64,000 nt of DNA from Planctomycetota bacterium (GTDB lineage: Bacteria > Planctomycetota > UBA1135 > UBA2386). The stretch is taken from contig OZ245838.1 in the NCBI GenBank assembly GCA_965228735.1, forward strand, positions 3,936,001-4,000,000, given 5' to 3'. The number at the start of each line of letters is the position of its first letter. Positions within the stretch are counted from its first letter, which is position 1. A program made the translations under genes and the position numbers. Below, piece by piece: positions 8,546 to 18,886 of this stretch. Under the pieces are notes generated by a model, which had not been told where the DNA came from, made no database searches, and saw only the letters and a list, made by a program, of their open reading frames with translations.

Positions 8546-10930
8546 TCAACGCCGCCGCAAGCCCTGACCGATCGCCCGCACGCGCTTCGGCAGTCGCTGC
8601 ACCTCGAGTTCCACGTCCAGCGGCGCGTCGCTTTCCGGCAGCACCACGACCTGCTTCGCGCGCGTCTCCCACCCCGTGATCCAGTTGCACGTGTCCATGC
8701 CCAGTTCGATCGCTCCATCGCCATCCGGGCGCACGATCCACTCGCCCTGCTCGGGCCGCACCCAGGTTTCGCGCGCACCATCGAGTGCGAGCGTCCGGAC
8801 GAAGACGCCGGGAGGCAGCACGCCGCCCGGCGGCAGCCGCAGTCGCAGCTGCGCGCGCGGACGCAACATCACGGTGGCCGCTCGACCCGCCGGCCGAACG
8901 ACCTCACTGCGGTAGCCGGGACACATCGCGATGAGCTCGACGCCGTCGACGACCGGCACGTCCACGAGACCCCGCTCGTCACACGGCAGCCGGCCACCGC
9001 TCTCGGTGTCACCCTTGCTCATCAGCGAGATCAGCGCGGGCGGTCCGATGCTGCCGTCGGTCGTCTGCACGTGCACCCGCACGAACCGCACGCGCGCGTG
9101 CCAGTCGATGTTCACGAGTCGCGGGTCTCTGCAGTCGGCACCGGGGCCGACGTCGACCGCGTCGATCGCGATCAGTTCCTGGTCGAGAAACCGAACCGCG
9201 ACGTCGTAGCGACCCGGCGGAACGTCCGAGAACACGAGCTCGCGCTGGCCGGAGGTAACGGCCTCGTGGCGGTCGTCGCGATCGATCGAGCGCAGCACGC
9301 ACGACATCGTGCGGTCGCGCGCCGGTTGCCGCAGCCGCACGACGACGCGGCCCGGTCGCGCCACTCGCAGCTCGAGAGCACGATCGCCGGGCTCGACAGT
9401 GCAGGGATCGAGCACGAGCCAGCCGTCGGGGACTCCGAGCGTGTAACGGTGCGCCAGGCGGTCGACGCCGTAGAACGCGAACCGGCCCGCCGCGTCGGTC
9501 TCGACGGACTGGCCCCGGGCGATCGGGTCACGATCGTTCGCCGTCGGCGAAAGGCCAATGGCGAGTCCACGCACCGGCCTGCCGTCCTGATCGACGGCCA
9601 CGCCCGAGAAGATCGGCGCCTCCGGCGCCAGCTCGAGCTCGACATCGACGAGCCCGCGGGCGTCGGCAGGAACCGTCGCCACGGCCGAACGAGCCGGCGC
9701 GTCCGAGCGCCGCGCGTCCGCCGTAACCTGGAGATCGACGTCCGTCCCGCCGCGGCGCGCCATGTCGATCACGCAGTGGAGCTGGCCACTGGCATCCGTC
9801 GACGCGCGGTCATCGTCGCTGCGCCCGTCCTCGGCAACCCGGATCCACGCCTGCTTCGCACCGAACGGATCGCCGTCGGCAGTCGCGATCCGCGCGCGCA
9901 AGAAGACCGCGGTGCCGAGGTCGCGGAAGTCGAGCGTGACGGTCTCACCCGCGCGCCGCGGCCCGCGACCGAGCAGGGCCAGCGGGTCGCCCGCCGCGCC
10001 ATCGAACGTCGTCTCCGCTCGCAGCGGCTCGTCGATGCCGGCCAACACGTTCGCGTAGTGCTGCGCAAGCGGCGTGATCGTCGTCGGCGGCCACCGCATC
10101 GCGGGCGCGCGATCCTCTGCCGCCGGGAACGCCAGCGTGCTGCGGGGCCCCAGCCCACGCCCTTCGTCCGGGACGCGAACGACCGCGCTGCCGATGGCCG
10201 GCAGCGTGAGCCGGACCACCCCCGGCGCGCCTCGGAAGTAGCGCGGTGTCAGGTCGATGCCGATCGACGATCGGGCCACCACGCCTGCGACCACTCGCAT
10301 CCGAAACAGATCCGCCCGACTGCGCAGCTCGGTGACGATGCGGGCGCGACCGTTCGGCCCGGTGCGGCCGATACCGCGCGGCTCCGTTCGACCTTCGGCG
10401 CCGGCAAAGACGCACAGCGGCACATCCGGCACCGCTCGACCGGCATCGTCGGTGACCTCGATCCGCACGAGTCGGTGCCGCGTCAATTCGATGCGGGTTG
10501 CCGACGTTCGCGCCGGACTCCGTCCGATCGCGAGGCCGTCGATCGCGATGCAGAATCCGTTCTCGGGCATGTTCACCGCGACCGCGCCGTTCGCTGCCGT
10601 GCGATACCGGCGACCGAAGCGACTCGCGAGAACATCGAACTCGCGCGTGCCGTAGTGCGACCGGACGAACTCGCGCGTCGCCGCATCGATGCCCTTCGGC
10701 GTGACGACGTAGAGGTCGCAGCCAGACACGGGCAACCCATCGCGCGTGCACACGGTCACGACATGCCCGCCATCGACCGGTCGTTCGACCGGCAGCTGCG
10801 CGAGCGTCGCGTACGGATCGGCCGGCCACTGCCGCAGGTCCTGCTGCGCGGCGAGCGCTCCGGCGAGCAGCGCGAGCAGGGCCGGGAGCCTCGACGCGAT
10901 GTCACGCGGCGTGTGGCGGGAAGGTGCCAT
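8546..10930 (-). CDS. Secreted protein with carboxypeptidase-regulatory-like (transthyretin/Cna-B) beta-sandwich repeats
   Basis: Signal peptide; repeated V-x-D-x-x-G-x-P-V and TDxxGRF patterns. Confidence 0.7.
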   Translation of the reverse strand: MAPSRHTPRDIASRLPALLALLAGALAAQQDLRQWPADPYATLAQLPVERPVDGGHVVTVCTRDGLPVSGCDLYVVTPKGIDAATREFVRSHYGTREFDVLASRFGRRYRTAANGAVAVNMPENGFCIAIDGLAIGRSPARTSATRIELTRHRLVRIEVTDDAGRAVPDVPLCVFAGAEGRTEPRGIGRTGPNGRARIVTELRSRADLFRMRVVAGVVARSSIGIDLTPRYFRGAPGVVRLTLPAIGSAVVRVPDEGRGLGPRSTLAFPAAEDRAPAMRWPPTTITPLAQHYANVLAGIDEPLRAETTFDGAAGDPLALLGRGPRRAGETVTLDFRDLGTAVFLRARIATADGDPFGAKQAWIRVAEDGRSDDDRASTDASGQLHCVIDMARRGGTDVDLQVTADARRSDAPARSAVATVPADARGLVDVELELAPEAPIFSGVAVDQDGRPVRGLAIGLSPTANDRDPIARGQSVETDAAGRFAFYGVDRLAHRYTLGVPDGWLVLDPCTVEPGDRALELRVARPGRVVVRLRQPARDRTMSCVLRSIDRDDRHEAVTSGQRELVFSDVPPGRYDVAVRFLDQELIAIDAVDVGPGADCRDPRLVNIDWHARVRFVRVHVQTTDGSIGPPALISLMSKGDTESGGRLPCDERGLVDVPVVDGVELIAMCPGYRSEVVRPAGRAATVMLRPRAQLRLRLPPGGVLPPGVFVRTLALDGARETWVRPEQGEWIVRPDGDGAIELGMDTCNWITGWETRAKQVVVLPESDAPLDVELEVQRLPKRVRAIGQGLRRR

Positions 10931-11138
10931 GGGCAAGCAGAGGATACGTGTCGGACGTCGCCTCACGGACGCGTCCCGCATCAACAACGCATCGCCGGCC
11001 CCGACGACGAGCCACCGGGGCAAATCACCCGACGATCGAGCGATCTTCCTCCGCGCGATCGAGTCGAGAGCAGCCAACACCGCGGCATGATGCCCGAGGG
11101 GGTGCCCCCACCCGCAGCCGCCGCATACCGTTTCCAGT

Positions 11139-11933
11139 ATGCTGGTCGCGCCACGAAACCGCCTTCGTTCCGCCGTGCTCACTGCCCTGACCGGGCTGGC
11201 CTGGCCCGCTCTCGCAGCGGCGCAGCAGGGCGAGCCGCAGACCGAACGTGCGGACCCCGCGCGCTCCGAAGCGGACGAGAAGGCGCAGCGCGAGAAGCAG
11301 CTCGAGCAGGCGCGAAAACTGCTGAAGGCGGCGCAGAGGGCGAAGGCCGCGGCCAACACGAAGCGGGTCGCCGAGGCGATGCGAAGGCAGCGGCTACGAC
11401 GCATGTCGATGTCGATCGACTCCGAAACGCCGCTCGAGAACTTGATCGAAGCGCTCCTCTACGACGACTCGACGGTCCGCGTCGCAGCCGCTCGACTGGC
11501 CGAGATCGGAATCGCGGCGCGCGTGGCGATGCCGCGGATGGCCGAGCTGCTCGATGAACGCAGCAACCGCGCCGTGCAGCTCGCGGTCATCGCCGCGATG
11601 CTGCAGATCGACCCGCTGCACCCGGCAGCGTGCGCGGCCCACCACGACCGCATCTGCAACGGCACGACCGCGGAGCGCCGCGCGGCAGCACTGGCGCTGG
11701 GCGCGCTCGGCGCCGCCGCCGAGCCCGCGGTGCTCGCGATGATCTCGGCGACCCGCGAACCGAAGCCGGCACTCGTCCGCGACGCGGTGACCGCCCTCGG
11801 CATGCTCGGCAAGACCGCCGGGCCCGCGCTGCGCCGCCTGCGCCAACTGGCGGCATCGGAGCAGAAGGAACTGGCCGCGCGCGCCGGCGTCGCCGTCCGA
11901 CAGATCGAGCGCTGCCTGCAGACGAAGGAGTGA
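11139..11933 (+). CDS. HEAT-repeat protein with signal peptide
   Basis: VRVAAARLAEIG, RRAAALALGALG and RDAVTALGMLG repeats. Confidence 0.75.
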   Translation: MLVAPRNRLRSAVLTALTGLAWPALAAAQQGEPQTERADPARSEADEKAQREKQLEQARKLLKAAQRAKAAANTKRVAEAMRRQRLRRMSMSIDSETPLENLIEALLYDDSTVRVAAARLAEIGIAARVAMPRMAELLDERSNRAVQLAVIAAMLQIDPLHPAACAAHHDRICNGTTAERRAAALALGALGAAAEPAVLAMISATREPKPALVRDAVTALGMLGKTAGPALRRLRQLAASEQKELAARAGVAVRQIERCLQTKE

Positions 11934-12021
11934 TCCTCTCCACGCTCATCGACCGCGGGCGCCAGTGCGACCCGCGGCGATGAGCGCTGGACCCTACGGT
12001 CAGGGTCCCAGTCGCGGCGAA

Positions 12022-12420
12022 TCAGAGCCGACGAAGGGCGAGAATCGGGAACGCAGACTCGACGCTGCGGCCGTTCGCACCTTGTTCGTCTTGCGACAGG
12101 ATCGTGATCTCGGATTGACCGGCCGGCCCCATGTCGTGCGCCAGCACGGCATCGACGACGAGCTCTTCGAACCTCGTCGTGTTCGTGCGGTTGGGCGGCG
12201 TCGCGAACCAAAGCTCGTACGGCTTGTCGTCATGATTGCCCGTGAGACGAATCGCGACCTCGCCGGTTGCGTCGACGGACCAGCCGCTGAGCTTGCCGGT
12301 GCGCTGCATCGGTTGGCCGACTTCCGCCGGCGGCGCAGTGGTCGAGGCGATGAGACTCATCGTCGCCAACAGAGCAGCGGCCGAGCCGACGCGAACGAAA
12401 CCTGGAGTCCAGTTTTTCAT
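12022..12420 (-). CDS. Small exported hypothetical protein
   Basis: Signal-peptide-like N-terminus; coding-like codon usage. Confidence 0.6.
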   Translation of the reverse strand: MKNWTPGFVRVGSAAALLATMSLIASTTAPPAEVGQPMQRTGKLSGWSVDATGEVAIRLTGNHDDKPYELWFATPPNRTNTTRFEELVVDAVLAHDMGPAGQSEITILSQDEQGANGRSVESAFPILALRRL

Positions 12421-12489
12421 GGCATGGTCTTCGTTGCAGACGCACCCACGGACTCAGGATTCTGGCGTGGGTTGACGGTCGGGACGCCG

Positions 12490-12515
12490 TGCATCCGCTC
12501 GCGTCGTTCTGCGAA
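12490..12515 (+). promoter_or_regulatory. Putative ECF promoter TGCATCC-N14-GCGAA for nhaA
   Basis: Both boxes exact; spacer 1 nt shorter than the other copies. Confidence 0.55.
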
Positions 12516-12528
12516 TACCGAGTCGCGA

Positions 12529-13737
12529 ATGGATTCGATGTCCCCCGACGACGAGACCGGCGAGCTCGCCGAAGACGCGCGTCGCCGGACGGACCTGATC
12601 GGCGGCCTGCTGCTGATCGCCGCTACGGTCTGTGCGATCGTAGCCGCAAATACGCCGTTGGCGACGATCTACGACCAGCTGCTCGACACGCGCCTCGCCG
12701 TGAGCGTAGGCGACGCGGCACTCGACAAGCCGCTGCTGCTCTGGATCAACGATGGCCTCATGGCGATATTCTTCCTGCTGGTCGGCCTCGAGCTGAAGCA
12801 GGAAGTGCTGGCGGGTCAGCTTTCGAGCGTTCAACGGGCGCTGCTCCCGCTCTGCGCCGCGGCGGGCGGCGTCGTCGTGCCCGTTGCGATCTACGCGTTG
12901 TGGAACTGCGACGATCCGGGCCGGATGCAGGGCTGGGCGATCCCCGCGGCCACCGACATCGCCTTCGCGATCGGCGTGCTCGCGCTGCTCGGCCGCCGTG
13001 TCCCCGTCGCGCTCCGCACGTTTCTGCTCTCGCTCGCGGTCTTCGACGACCTCGCGGCGATCGTGATCATCGCTGCTGCCTACACCGACAAGATCGCCTG
13101 GGGGGCCCAGATGGCGGCGCTCGCGACCGTCGTCGTGCTCTTCGTGATGAACCGGCTGCGCGTGACCCGCTACGGCATGTATCTGCTGGTCGGCGCCGTG
13201 CTCTGGGTGTGCGTGCTCAAGTCGGGCATTCACGCGACGCTCGCCGGTGTCATCGTCGGCGCCGCGATACCGCGTCGCCCGGTGAACGCGCTCGGCCACT
13301 CGCCGCTGCACCAGCTCGAACACGTGCTGCGCCCCTGGGTCGCGTTCTTCATCCTCCCGGTATTTGCCTTCGTCAATGCCGGAGTCGCGTTGCGATCGGT
13401 GGAGCTCGCCACGTTCGCGGACACCGTGACCCTCGGCGTCGGCACGGGGCTGCTCATCGGCAAGCTGCTCGGGGTATTCGGCACCACGATGGTGTTGCGA
13501 CGCTTCGGCTACGGGCGCGATCCCGGCGATCCGACGCCATCGCAGTTCTTCGGGGCCGCCGCGCTGGCCGGGATCGGCTTCACGATGAGTCTGTTCATCG
13601 GCACCCTGGCGTTCGAGGACGCACCGCGCAGCTACGATGTGCCGATTCGTCTCGGCGTTCTCGGCGCCAGCGTCGCCGCCGCGGTGCTCGGCCTCGCCGT
13701 GCTCAACCGCGCGCTCCCGACCCGCCCCGCGCAGTAA
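12529..13737 (+). CDS. nhaA: Na+/H+ antiporter NhaA
   Basis: WINDGLMAIFFLLVGLELK, GWAIPAATDIAF, LAVFDDL, KSGIHAT and GIGFTMSLFI motifs. Confidence 0.96.
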   Translation: MDSMSPDDETGELAEDARRRTDLIGGLLLIAATVCAIVAANTPLATIYDQLLDTRLAVSVGDAALDKPLLLWINDGLMAIFFLLVGLELKQEVLAGQLSSVQRALLPLCAAAGGVVVPVAIYALWNCDDPGRMQGWAIPAATDIAFAIGVLALLGRRVPVALRTFLLSLAVFDDLAAIVIIAAAYTDKIAWGAQMAALATVVVLFVMNRLRVTRYGMYLLVGAVLWVCVLKSGIHATLAGVIVGAAIPRRPVNALGHSPLHQLEHVLRPWVAFFILPVFAFVNAGVALRSVELATFADTVTLGVGTGLLIGKLLGVFGTTMVLRRFGYGRDPGDPTPSQFFGAAALAGIGFTMSLFIGTLAFEDAPRSYDVPIRLGVLGASVAAAVLGLAVLNRALPTRPAQ

Positions 13738-13748
13738 CGCACGCCAGG

Positions 13749-14633
13749 TCAGCGGCGCTGCGTCTGGCGAATATGGCCGTAGTTGAGAACGGCGACGAAC
13801 ACCGACCCGCCGACGAGATTGCCAGCTATCGCGGTGCCGATGTGCACGACGGCCGACCACGCGTCCACACCGTGGACGAACGCCGCGGTCACGACCTCGG
13901 CCGTGCCCGCGATCGAATGATGCAGCCCGCCGAGGCCGATGAGGAACGTCGTGAAGTAGATGACGACGATCTGGCTGACATCCGGCGGCGTGGACAAGAC
14001 GAGCCAGCCCCCGAGCGCCATGAGCCAACCCGCCAGGATCGCGCTCGCGAACGTCGCACCCGGCGCGAAGTGCAGCATGTGATCGGCAACCACCCGATAA
14101 CCCTCGCCGGCGCCGACGACGCTTTCGGTCGTCGACAGCATGAACGCGCCGATGACGCAGCCGATGAGATTGCCGCCGAGCACCGTCAGCCAGACGCGCA
14201 GCATGCTGCGGACCGAGGACCGACCGTCGAGCATCGGGTAGACCGCCAGCGCCGTGTGCTCCGTGAACAGCTGCGTGCCGCTCATCAGGACGAGCACGAA
14301 GCCGAGCGGGTAGACGAGCGCGACGAGGATCCGGCTCGCGACCCCACCGAGATCGGCTGCAAACATCGTCATCACCCCGACGGCCATCGCCGTGAACGCC
14401 AGAATGGCGCCGGCTGATATGGCCGACAGCAGCAGCGAAGCGAGCGGACGAAGCGATTGTTCCGCACCTTCGCGGATCGCCGTCTGCAGCACGTCGTCCG
14501 GATGCCGGATGACCTGGTCGCTGCGCTTGAGGACGACCGGCGTGAACTCGGAGTCTTCCCGAGCGCGCTCGACCTGACGTTCGGTCGGTGCGTCGTCGGG
14601 TTCGGGGTCGGAGAGGTCGGGGTCGCTCGTCAT
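13749..14633 (-). CDS. Formate/nitrite transporter (FNT, YfdC-like) family channel
   Basis: LFTEHT, LGGNLIG, LHHSIAG and GNLVGG motifs. Confidence 0.9.
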   Translation of the reverse strand: MTSDPDLSDPEPDDAPTERQVERAREDSEFTPVVLKRSDQVIRHPDDVLQTAIREGAEQSLRPLASLLLSAISAGAILAFTAMAVGVMTMFAADLGGVASRILVALVYPLGFVLVLMSGTQLFTEHTALAVYPMLDGRSSVRSMLRVWLTVLGGNLIGCVIGAFMLSTTESVVGAGEGYRVVADHMLHFAPGATFASAILAGWLMALGGWLVLSTPPDVSQIVVIYFTTFLIGLGGLHHSIAGTAEVVTAAFVHGVDAWSAVVHIGTAIAGNLVGGSVFVAVLNYGHIRQTQRR

Positions 14634-14727
14634 TGGACTCACAGCTTACGTCGCATGGATCCGTCATACGGGTCCGGCGCGCGACGCGACGCTTCGGCCG
14701 CCCCTCGAACCTGGTGGGCGAAGCAGA

Positions 14728-15213
14728 CTACATTTCGCGCTGCGAGTGGAGCATCCAGTGGTGCTTCTCGAGCGCGCCGACCACGGCGATGGCGAGGTCC
14801 TCGCTGACGGGATCGACCTCACCGAGAGCTGCGATGCAGCCGCGGCCGTTCTTGACGACGATCGAGATGTCGTCACAGACGGTGTCGATCGCGTCTTCCA
14901 CGGAAAGCAGGCCGGCCGGGAACTCACCGAACGGCGATTCCTCCGCGACCCGTCCGGGCAGGCCGTCGGCAGCGCCACCCAGCGTCACGATCCGCTCCGC
15001 GATGTCGTCGACGGCATTCCGCACGTCGACCAGGATCTCGTCCAGCTGCTCGTGCACGGACTTGAACCGCATCCCGCGCAGGTTCCAGTGCGCCTGCTTC
15101 AGGCGCAGGGCCAGGCCGATGGTCGGCGGCAGCCAGCGTTGCAGCGCCGCGAGCGCCTGCTCGCGGGATTCATCGGACAGATCGAACGGAACGGGGCGGA
15201 GGAGGCGTTTCAC
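14728..15213 (-). CDS. dps: Dps-family ferritin-like DNA protection protein
   Basis: KQAHWNLRG..F.SVHEQLD and DDIAERIVTLGG motifs; GTG start. Confidence 0.92.
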   Translation of the reverse strand: MKRLLRPVPFDLSDESREQALAALQRWLPPTIGLALRLKQAHWNLRGMRFKSVHEQLDEILVDVRNAVDDIAERIVTLGGAADGLPGRVAEESPFGEFPAGLLSVEDAIDTVCDDISIVVKNGRGCIAALGEVDPVSEDLAIAVVGALEKHHWMLHSQREM

Positions 15214-15292
15214 GTCCCGGTCTTCGCCGGGGCGCGGCCGGCGGTTGCAGTCTTGCTCCCCTGGATGCGCTCGTCCGCAGACCGCTGGCGGC

Positions 15293-15319
15293 TGCATCCC
15301 CGTGCCTGACGCGGGCGAA
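15293..15319 (+). promoter_or_regulatory. Putative ECF promoter TGCATCC-N15-GCGAA for the FeS photolyase
   Basis: Exact motif in the dps/photolyase divergent spacer. Confidence 0.75.
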
Positions 15320-15394
15320 ACGCCAACGCGTGATGGTCGTCGAAGATTGCCCCTGCCGCATCCCGGAGCTGCTCCCGAGCCGCGGGGTTTCAGG

Positions 15395-16981
15395 ATGACG
15401 GCGTTCTCGCGGCCGTGGATTCGCGGCCGGGCGCGCCGCCTGCTGATCGTCTTCGGCGACCAGCTGGACAAGAGCGCGCCCGCACTCACCGGGCTCGACC
15501 GAGAACAGGACGCCGTCCTGATGGTCGAGGTCGAGGACGAAGCCCGGCGTGGGCCGAGCCACAAGCAGCGGGTCGTGATGTTCCTTGCCGCGATGCGGCA
15601 CTTCGCGAGCACCCTGCAGGACGACGGCTACCGCGTCGAATACGTGACCTTGGATCACGCCGACAACACGCAGTCGTTCCAGAGCGAGATCGAGCGCGTC
15701 GGCCGCAAGGTCGAGGCCGAGCAGCTCGTCGCGACGCAGCCGGGTGAGTGGCGCGTGCTCGACGCTGTCGCGGCAGCCGCCGACACGCTCGGAGTGCCGC
15801 ACGAAGTGCTGCCGGACGAGCACTTCTTCACCGCCCTGGAGGACTTCGACCGCTGGGCCGAGGGCCGCAGCAGGCTCACGATGGAGTACTTCTACCGGGA
15901 GCAGCGCAAACGACTGGGCATCCTCGTCGACGACGACGGCAAACCGGAGGGCGGCGACTGGAACTACGATTCCGAGAACCGCGAGTCCTTCGACTCCGCG
16001 CCGGACGTCCGCGCGCCCTACACGCCGCGCCCCGATGACATCACGCTCGAGGTGTGCGAGCTCGTCGAGCGGCGACTGTCCGACCTTCCCGGCAAACTCG
16101 AGCCCGACGAGTTCCGCTGGCCGGTGACGCCGACCACCGCACGGCGCGCGCTCGACGACTTCATCGAGCACCGCCTCGGACGCTTCGGAACGTACGAGGA
16201 CGCGATGTGGAGCGGCGAGCCGGTGCTCTACCATTCGATGCTCTCGGCCGCGCTGAATCTCAAACTGCTCGATCCGCGGGACTGTGTCGAGGCGGCCGTC
16301 AAGGCCTACGAGAACGGCGACGCGCCGCTCAACAGCGTCGAGGGCTTCGTCCGCCAGCTGATCGGCTGGCGCGAGTTCATCCGCGGCGTCTACTGGCGCG
16401 AAGGCCGCGACTACCGCGACCGCAACGGGCTGCGCCAATACGGCGAGCTGCCCGAGTTCTTCTGGAACGCCGAGACCGAAATGGCGTGCCTCGCCGATTG
16501 TCTGCGGCCCGTCGTGGACTCGGCGTACTCCCACCACATTCCGCGGCTCATGGTCATCGGCAACTTCGCCATGACCGCGGGCATACAACCGCGCGCGATC
16601 GGCGACTGGTTCTACGGCATGTACACCGACGCCGTCGATTGGGTCACGACGCCGAACACGATCGGCATGGCGATGCACGCGGACCACGCGGTCGTCGGCA
16701 CCAAGCCGTACGCAGCCAGCGGCAAGTACGTGAAGCGCATGGGAAACTACTGCAGCTCCTGCCGCTACGACGTCAACGAACGATCCGGTCCGGACGCCTG
16801 CCCGTTCAACGTGTTCTACTGGGACTTCCTGCGGCGCAACCGCGACCGGTTCGAGGACAACAACCGGATGGCGATGATGCTGAAGAACCTCGATCGGATG
16901 GCCGACGACGAGGCCGAGGCGATCACCCGTGACGCGCGGCGACTGCGGCGCGAGTTCGGCATCGGCGCCATCTCGCGCTGA
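15395..16981 (+). CDS. FeS-cluster cryptochrome/photolyase (FeS-BCP, CryB/PhrB-like (6-4) photolyase)
   Basis: GDQL, HKQR, MEYFYR, GGDWNYD, VEGFVRQLIGWREF and KPYAASG motifs; four Cys in MAC / YCSSC / ACPF. Confidence 0.95.
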   Translation: MTAFSRPWIRGRARRLLIVFGDQLDKSAPALTGLDREQDAVLMVEVEDEARRGPSHKQRVVMFLAAMRHFASTLQDDGYRVEYVTLDHADNTQSFQSEIERVGRKVEAEQLVATQPGEWRVLDAVAAAADTLGVPHEVLPDEHFFTALEDFDRWAEGRSRLTMEYFYREQRKRLGILVDDDGKPEGGDWNYDSENRESFDSAPDVRAPYTPRPDDITLEVCELVERRLSDLPGKLEPDEFRWPVTPTTARRALDDFIEHRLGRFGTYEDAMWSGEPVLYHSMLSAALNLKLLDPRDCVEAAVKAYENGDAPLNSVEGFVRQLIGWREFIRGVYWREGRDYRDRNGLRQYGELPEFFWNAETEMACLADCLRPVVDSAYSHHIPRLMVIGNFAMTAGIQPRAIGDWFYGMYTDAVDWVTTPNTIGMAMHADHAVVGTKPYAASGKYVKRMGNYCSSCRYDVNERSGPDACPFNVFYWDFLRRNRDRFEDNNRMAMMLKNLDRMADDEAEAITRDARRLRREFGIGAISR

Positions 16982-17008
16982 TCGCGACCCGCCGCGAGCG
17001 AACGAATC

Positions 17009-17035
17009 GGCATCCGCACGCGGCCCCCCGGCGAA
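17009..17035 (+). promoter_or_regulatory. Putative ECF promoter GGCATCC-N15-GCGAA for sodC
   Basis: Motif ends just upstream of ATG 17048. Confidence 0.7.
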
Positions 17036-17047
17036 CATGCCAGGGCG

Positions 17048-17605
17048 ATGATCTGCACCAGACCAGGAGTGGCAGCGATGCTGCTCGTAACCCTTCTCAG
17101 CGGCTGCGAGTCCGAGGCCCACGGGACCAGTATCGGCACCGGACCCGTCGAGAACGCCGTCGCCGTGATCCGACCGGTCGGCGACAGCAACGTCCGCGGC
17201 ACCGTGCGGTTCGAACTGACCACCGCGGGCGTGAAGCTCACGGGTCAGGTGACCGGCCTCACTCCGGGCAAGCACGGCTTCCACATTCACGAGTTCGGCG
17301 ATCTCACGAACGCGCAGGACGGTTCCTCCGCCGGCGGCCACTACGCTCCGCGGGGCCGCGCCCACGGCCAACCGACGGCCAGAGAACGCCACTTCGGCGA
17401 TCTCGGCAACATCGAGGCCGACGCCAACGGCATCGCCAAGATCGACATGACCGACAAACTCATCGAGCTCGGCGGCGTGCACTTCATCGTCGGCCGGGCC
17501 GTCGTGGTCCACGCGGGCGAGGACACGTTCGGGCAGCCGACCGGCGACGCCGGCGACCGCGTCGGCTTCGGCGTCATCGGCGTCGCCAGCGGCAACGGCA
17601 ACTGA
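17048..17605 (+). CDS. sodC: Cu/Zn superoxide dismutase, lipoprotein
   Basis: Lipobox LSGC; HGFHIH, AGGHY, HFGDLGN and VVVHAGED motifs. Confidence 0.95.
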   Translation: MICTRPGVAAMLLVTLLSGCESEAHGTSIGTGPVENAVAVIRPVGDSNVRGTVRFELTTAGVKLTGQVTGLTPGKHGFHIHEFGDLTNAQDGSSAGGHYAPRGRAHGQPTARERHFGDLGNIEADANGIAKIDMTDKLIELGGVHFIVGRAVVVHAGEDTFGQPTGDAGDRVGFGVIGVASGNGN

Positions 17606-17773
17606 GTCACTCCATGCGCCGTGACGACCCGTCCCCCGGCAACATGACGACCGAGCGCCCGCGCGAGGTCATCGAGGTGCTCGCCAACCGAATCGGCGTG
17701 CGGGACGAGGAAGTCTCGCGCCGCCTGGCCGAGCTGCACAGCTGGTAAACGCCACACCCCGAACCGCTCAGCC

Positions 17774-18133
17774 ATGATCACCCTCATCGTCATCGGTGCG
17801 ATCTACGTCGTGCTCGGCATCTGGTGCACCGTCACCCCTCGGGCCGCGGCAAAGGCGGTCGGATTCGAGCTGCCCGGCCCCGGCGGGATGTCCGAGTTCA
17901 TCACGGTCTACGGCGGGATCGAGGTCGGACTCGGCCTCGCCATGATCCTGACCGCCCTCGACCCGCAGCTGCGCCGGGGCGGCCTCGCCTTCGCCCTCGT
18001 CTTCTCCGCGATGCTGCCGCTGTTCCGCCTGCCCACGGTGATCGTCCTGCCGGTGCCGCGGTCGTGCTACTGGTTGCTCGCCGTCGAGATCACGCTCGCG
18101 GTCGCGCTCCTCATCGCCTGGTTCCGTCGCTGA
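17774..18133 (+). CDS. DUF4345-like small membrane protein
   Basis: SEFITVYGG motif; four TM helices. Confidence 0.7.
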   Translation: MITLIVIGAIYVVLGIWCTVTPRAAAKAVGFELPGPGGMSEFITVYGGIEVGLGLAMILTALDPQLRRGGLAFALVFSAMLPLFRLPTVIVLPVPRSCYWLLAVEITLAVALLIAWFRR

Positions 18134-18202
18134 GCACGCCGGGTCGGATCGAGCTCGACTTGAAGACTCCGGTCGGATCGACACACTAGCGTTGGCGGCG
18201 CC

Positions 18203-18886
18203 GTGTCGAACTTCCCCCTCTCCTCGCTCTTCGTCACCCTGCCCTGGCGCGAAACGCTGTGGCGGCTGCCGCAGGTCGTGCTCGGACTGTGGTTGTTCGG
18301 CACTGGGATCGCGCTCATGGTGCTGGCGGACTTCGGACTGCCGCCGTGGGACGTGTTCCATCAGGGCATCGCGCGCACCGCGGGCCTCAGCCTCGGCACC
18401 GTCATCATCATCACGGGCGTCATCCTCGTCCTGGCCTTCATCCCGCTGCGCGAACGGGTCGGGCTGGGCACGCTGCTCAACGCAGTCCTCATCGGGGTCT
18501 CCGTCGACACGACGCTCGCGTGGGTCGCGCGCCCCGAGAGTCTCGCGCCGCGTCTCGTGTTCTGCGCGCTCGGACCGGCCGTCGTCGGGCTCGCGTCGGG
18601 GCTCTACATCGGCGGTGGTCTCGGCCCCGGGCCGCGCGACGGTCTGATGACGGGCTTCAGCAAGCGTGGCTTCACGACGTGGAAGGTGCGCACGACGATC
18701 GAGCTCAGCGTGCTGGTCATCGGCTTCTTCCTCGGCGGTTCGATCGGCCTCGGCACGGCGTGGTTCGCGCTCAGCGTCGGACCGTTCGTGCAGTTCTTCC
18801 TGCGGCGGCTGGCGCGCGAACGGGCGAACGCGGCGGAACCGGCTGGTGACGGGCTCGTATCGATGCGCGACCAGGACAGCACATGA
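18203..18886 (+). CDS. YczE/YyaS/YitT-family membrane protein
   Basis: GLPPWDVFHQG and LGPGPRDGLM motifs. Confidence 0.88.
   Translation: MSNFPLSSLFVTLPWRETLWRLPQVVLGLWLFGTGIALMVLADFGLPPWDVFHQGIARTAGLSLGTVIIITGVILVLAFIPLRERVGLGTLLNAVLIGVSVDTTLAWVARPESLAPRLVFCALGPAVVGLASGLYIGGGLGPGPRDGLMTGFSKRGFTTWKVRTTIELSVLVIGFFLGGSIGLGTAWFALSVGPFVQFFLRRLARERANAAEPAGDGLVSMRDQDST

Noticed and set aside
9071..11557. Long antisense or alternative-frame ORFs (also 15170-17512, 42936-45362 and many others)
   Set aside because: Shadow ORFs typical of high-GC DNA, overlapping well-supported genes; Arg/Ala/Pro-rich with no motifs.
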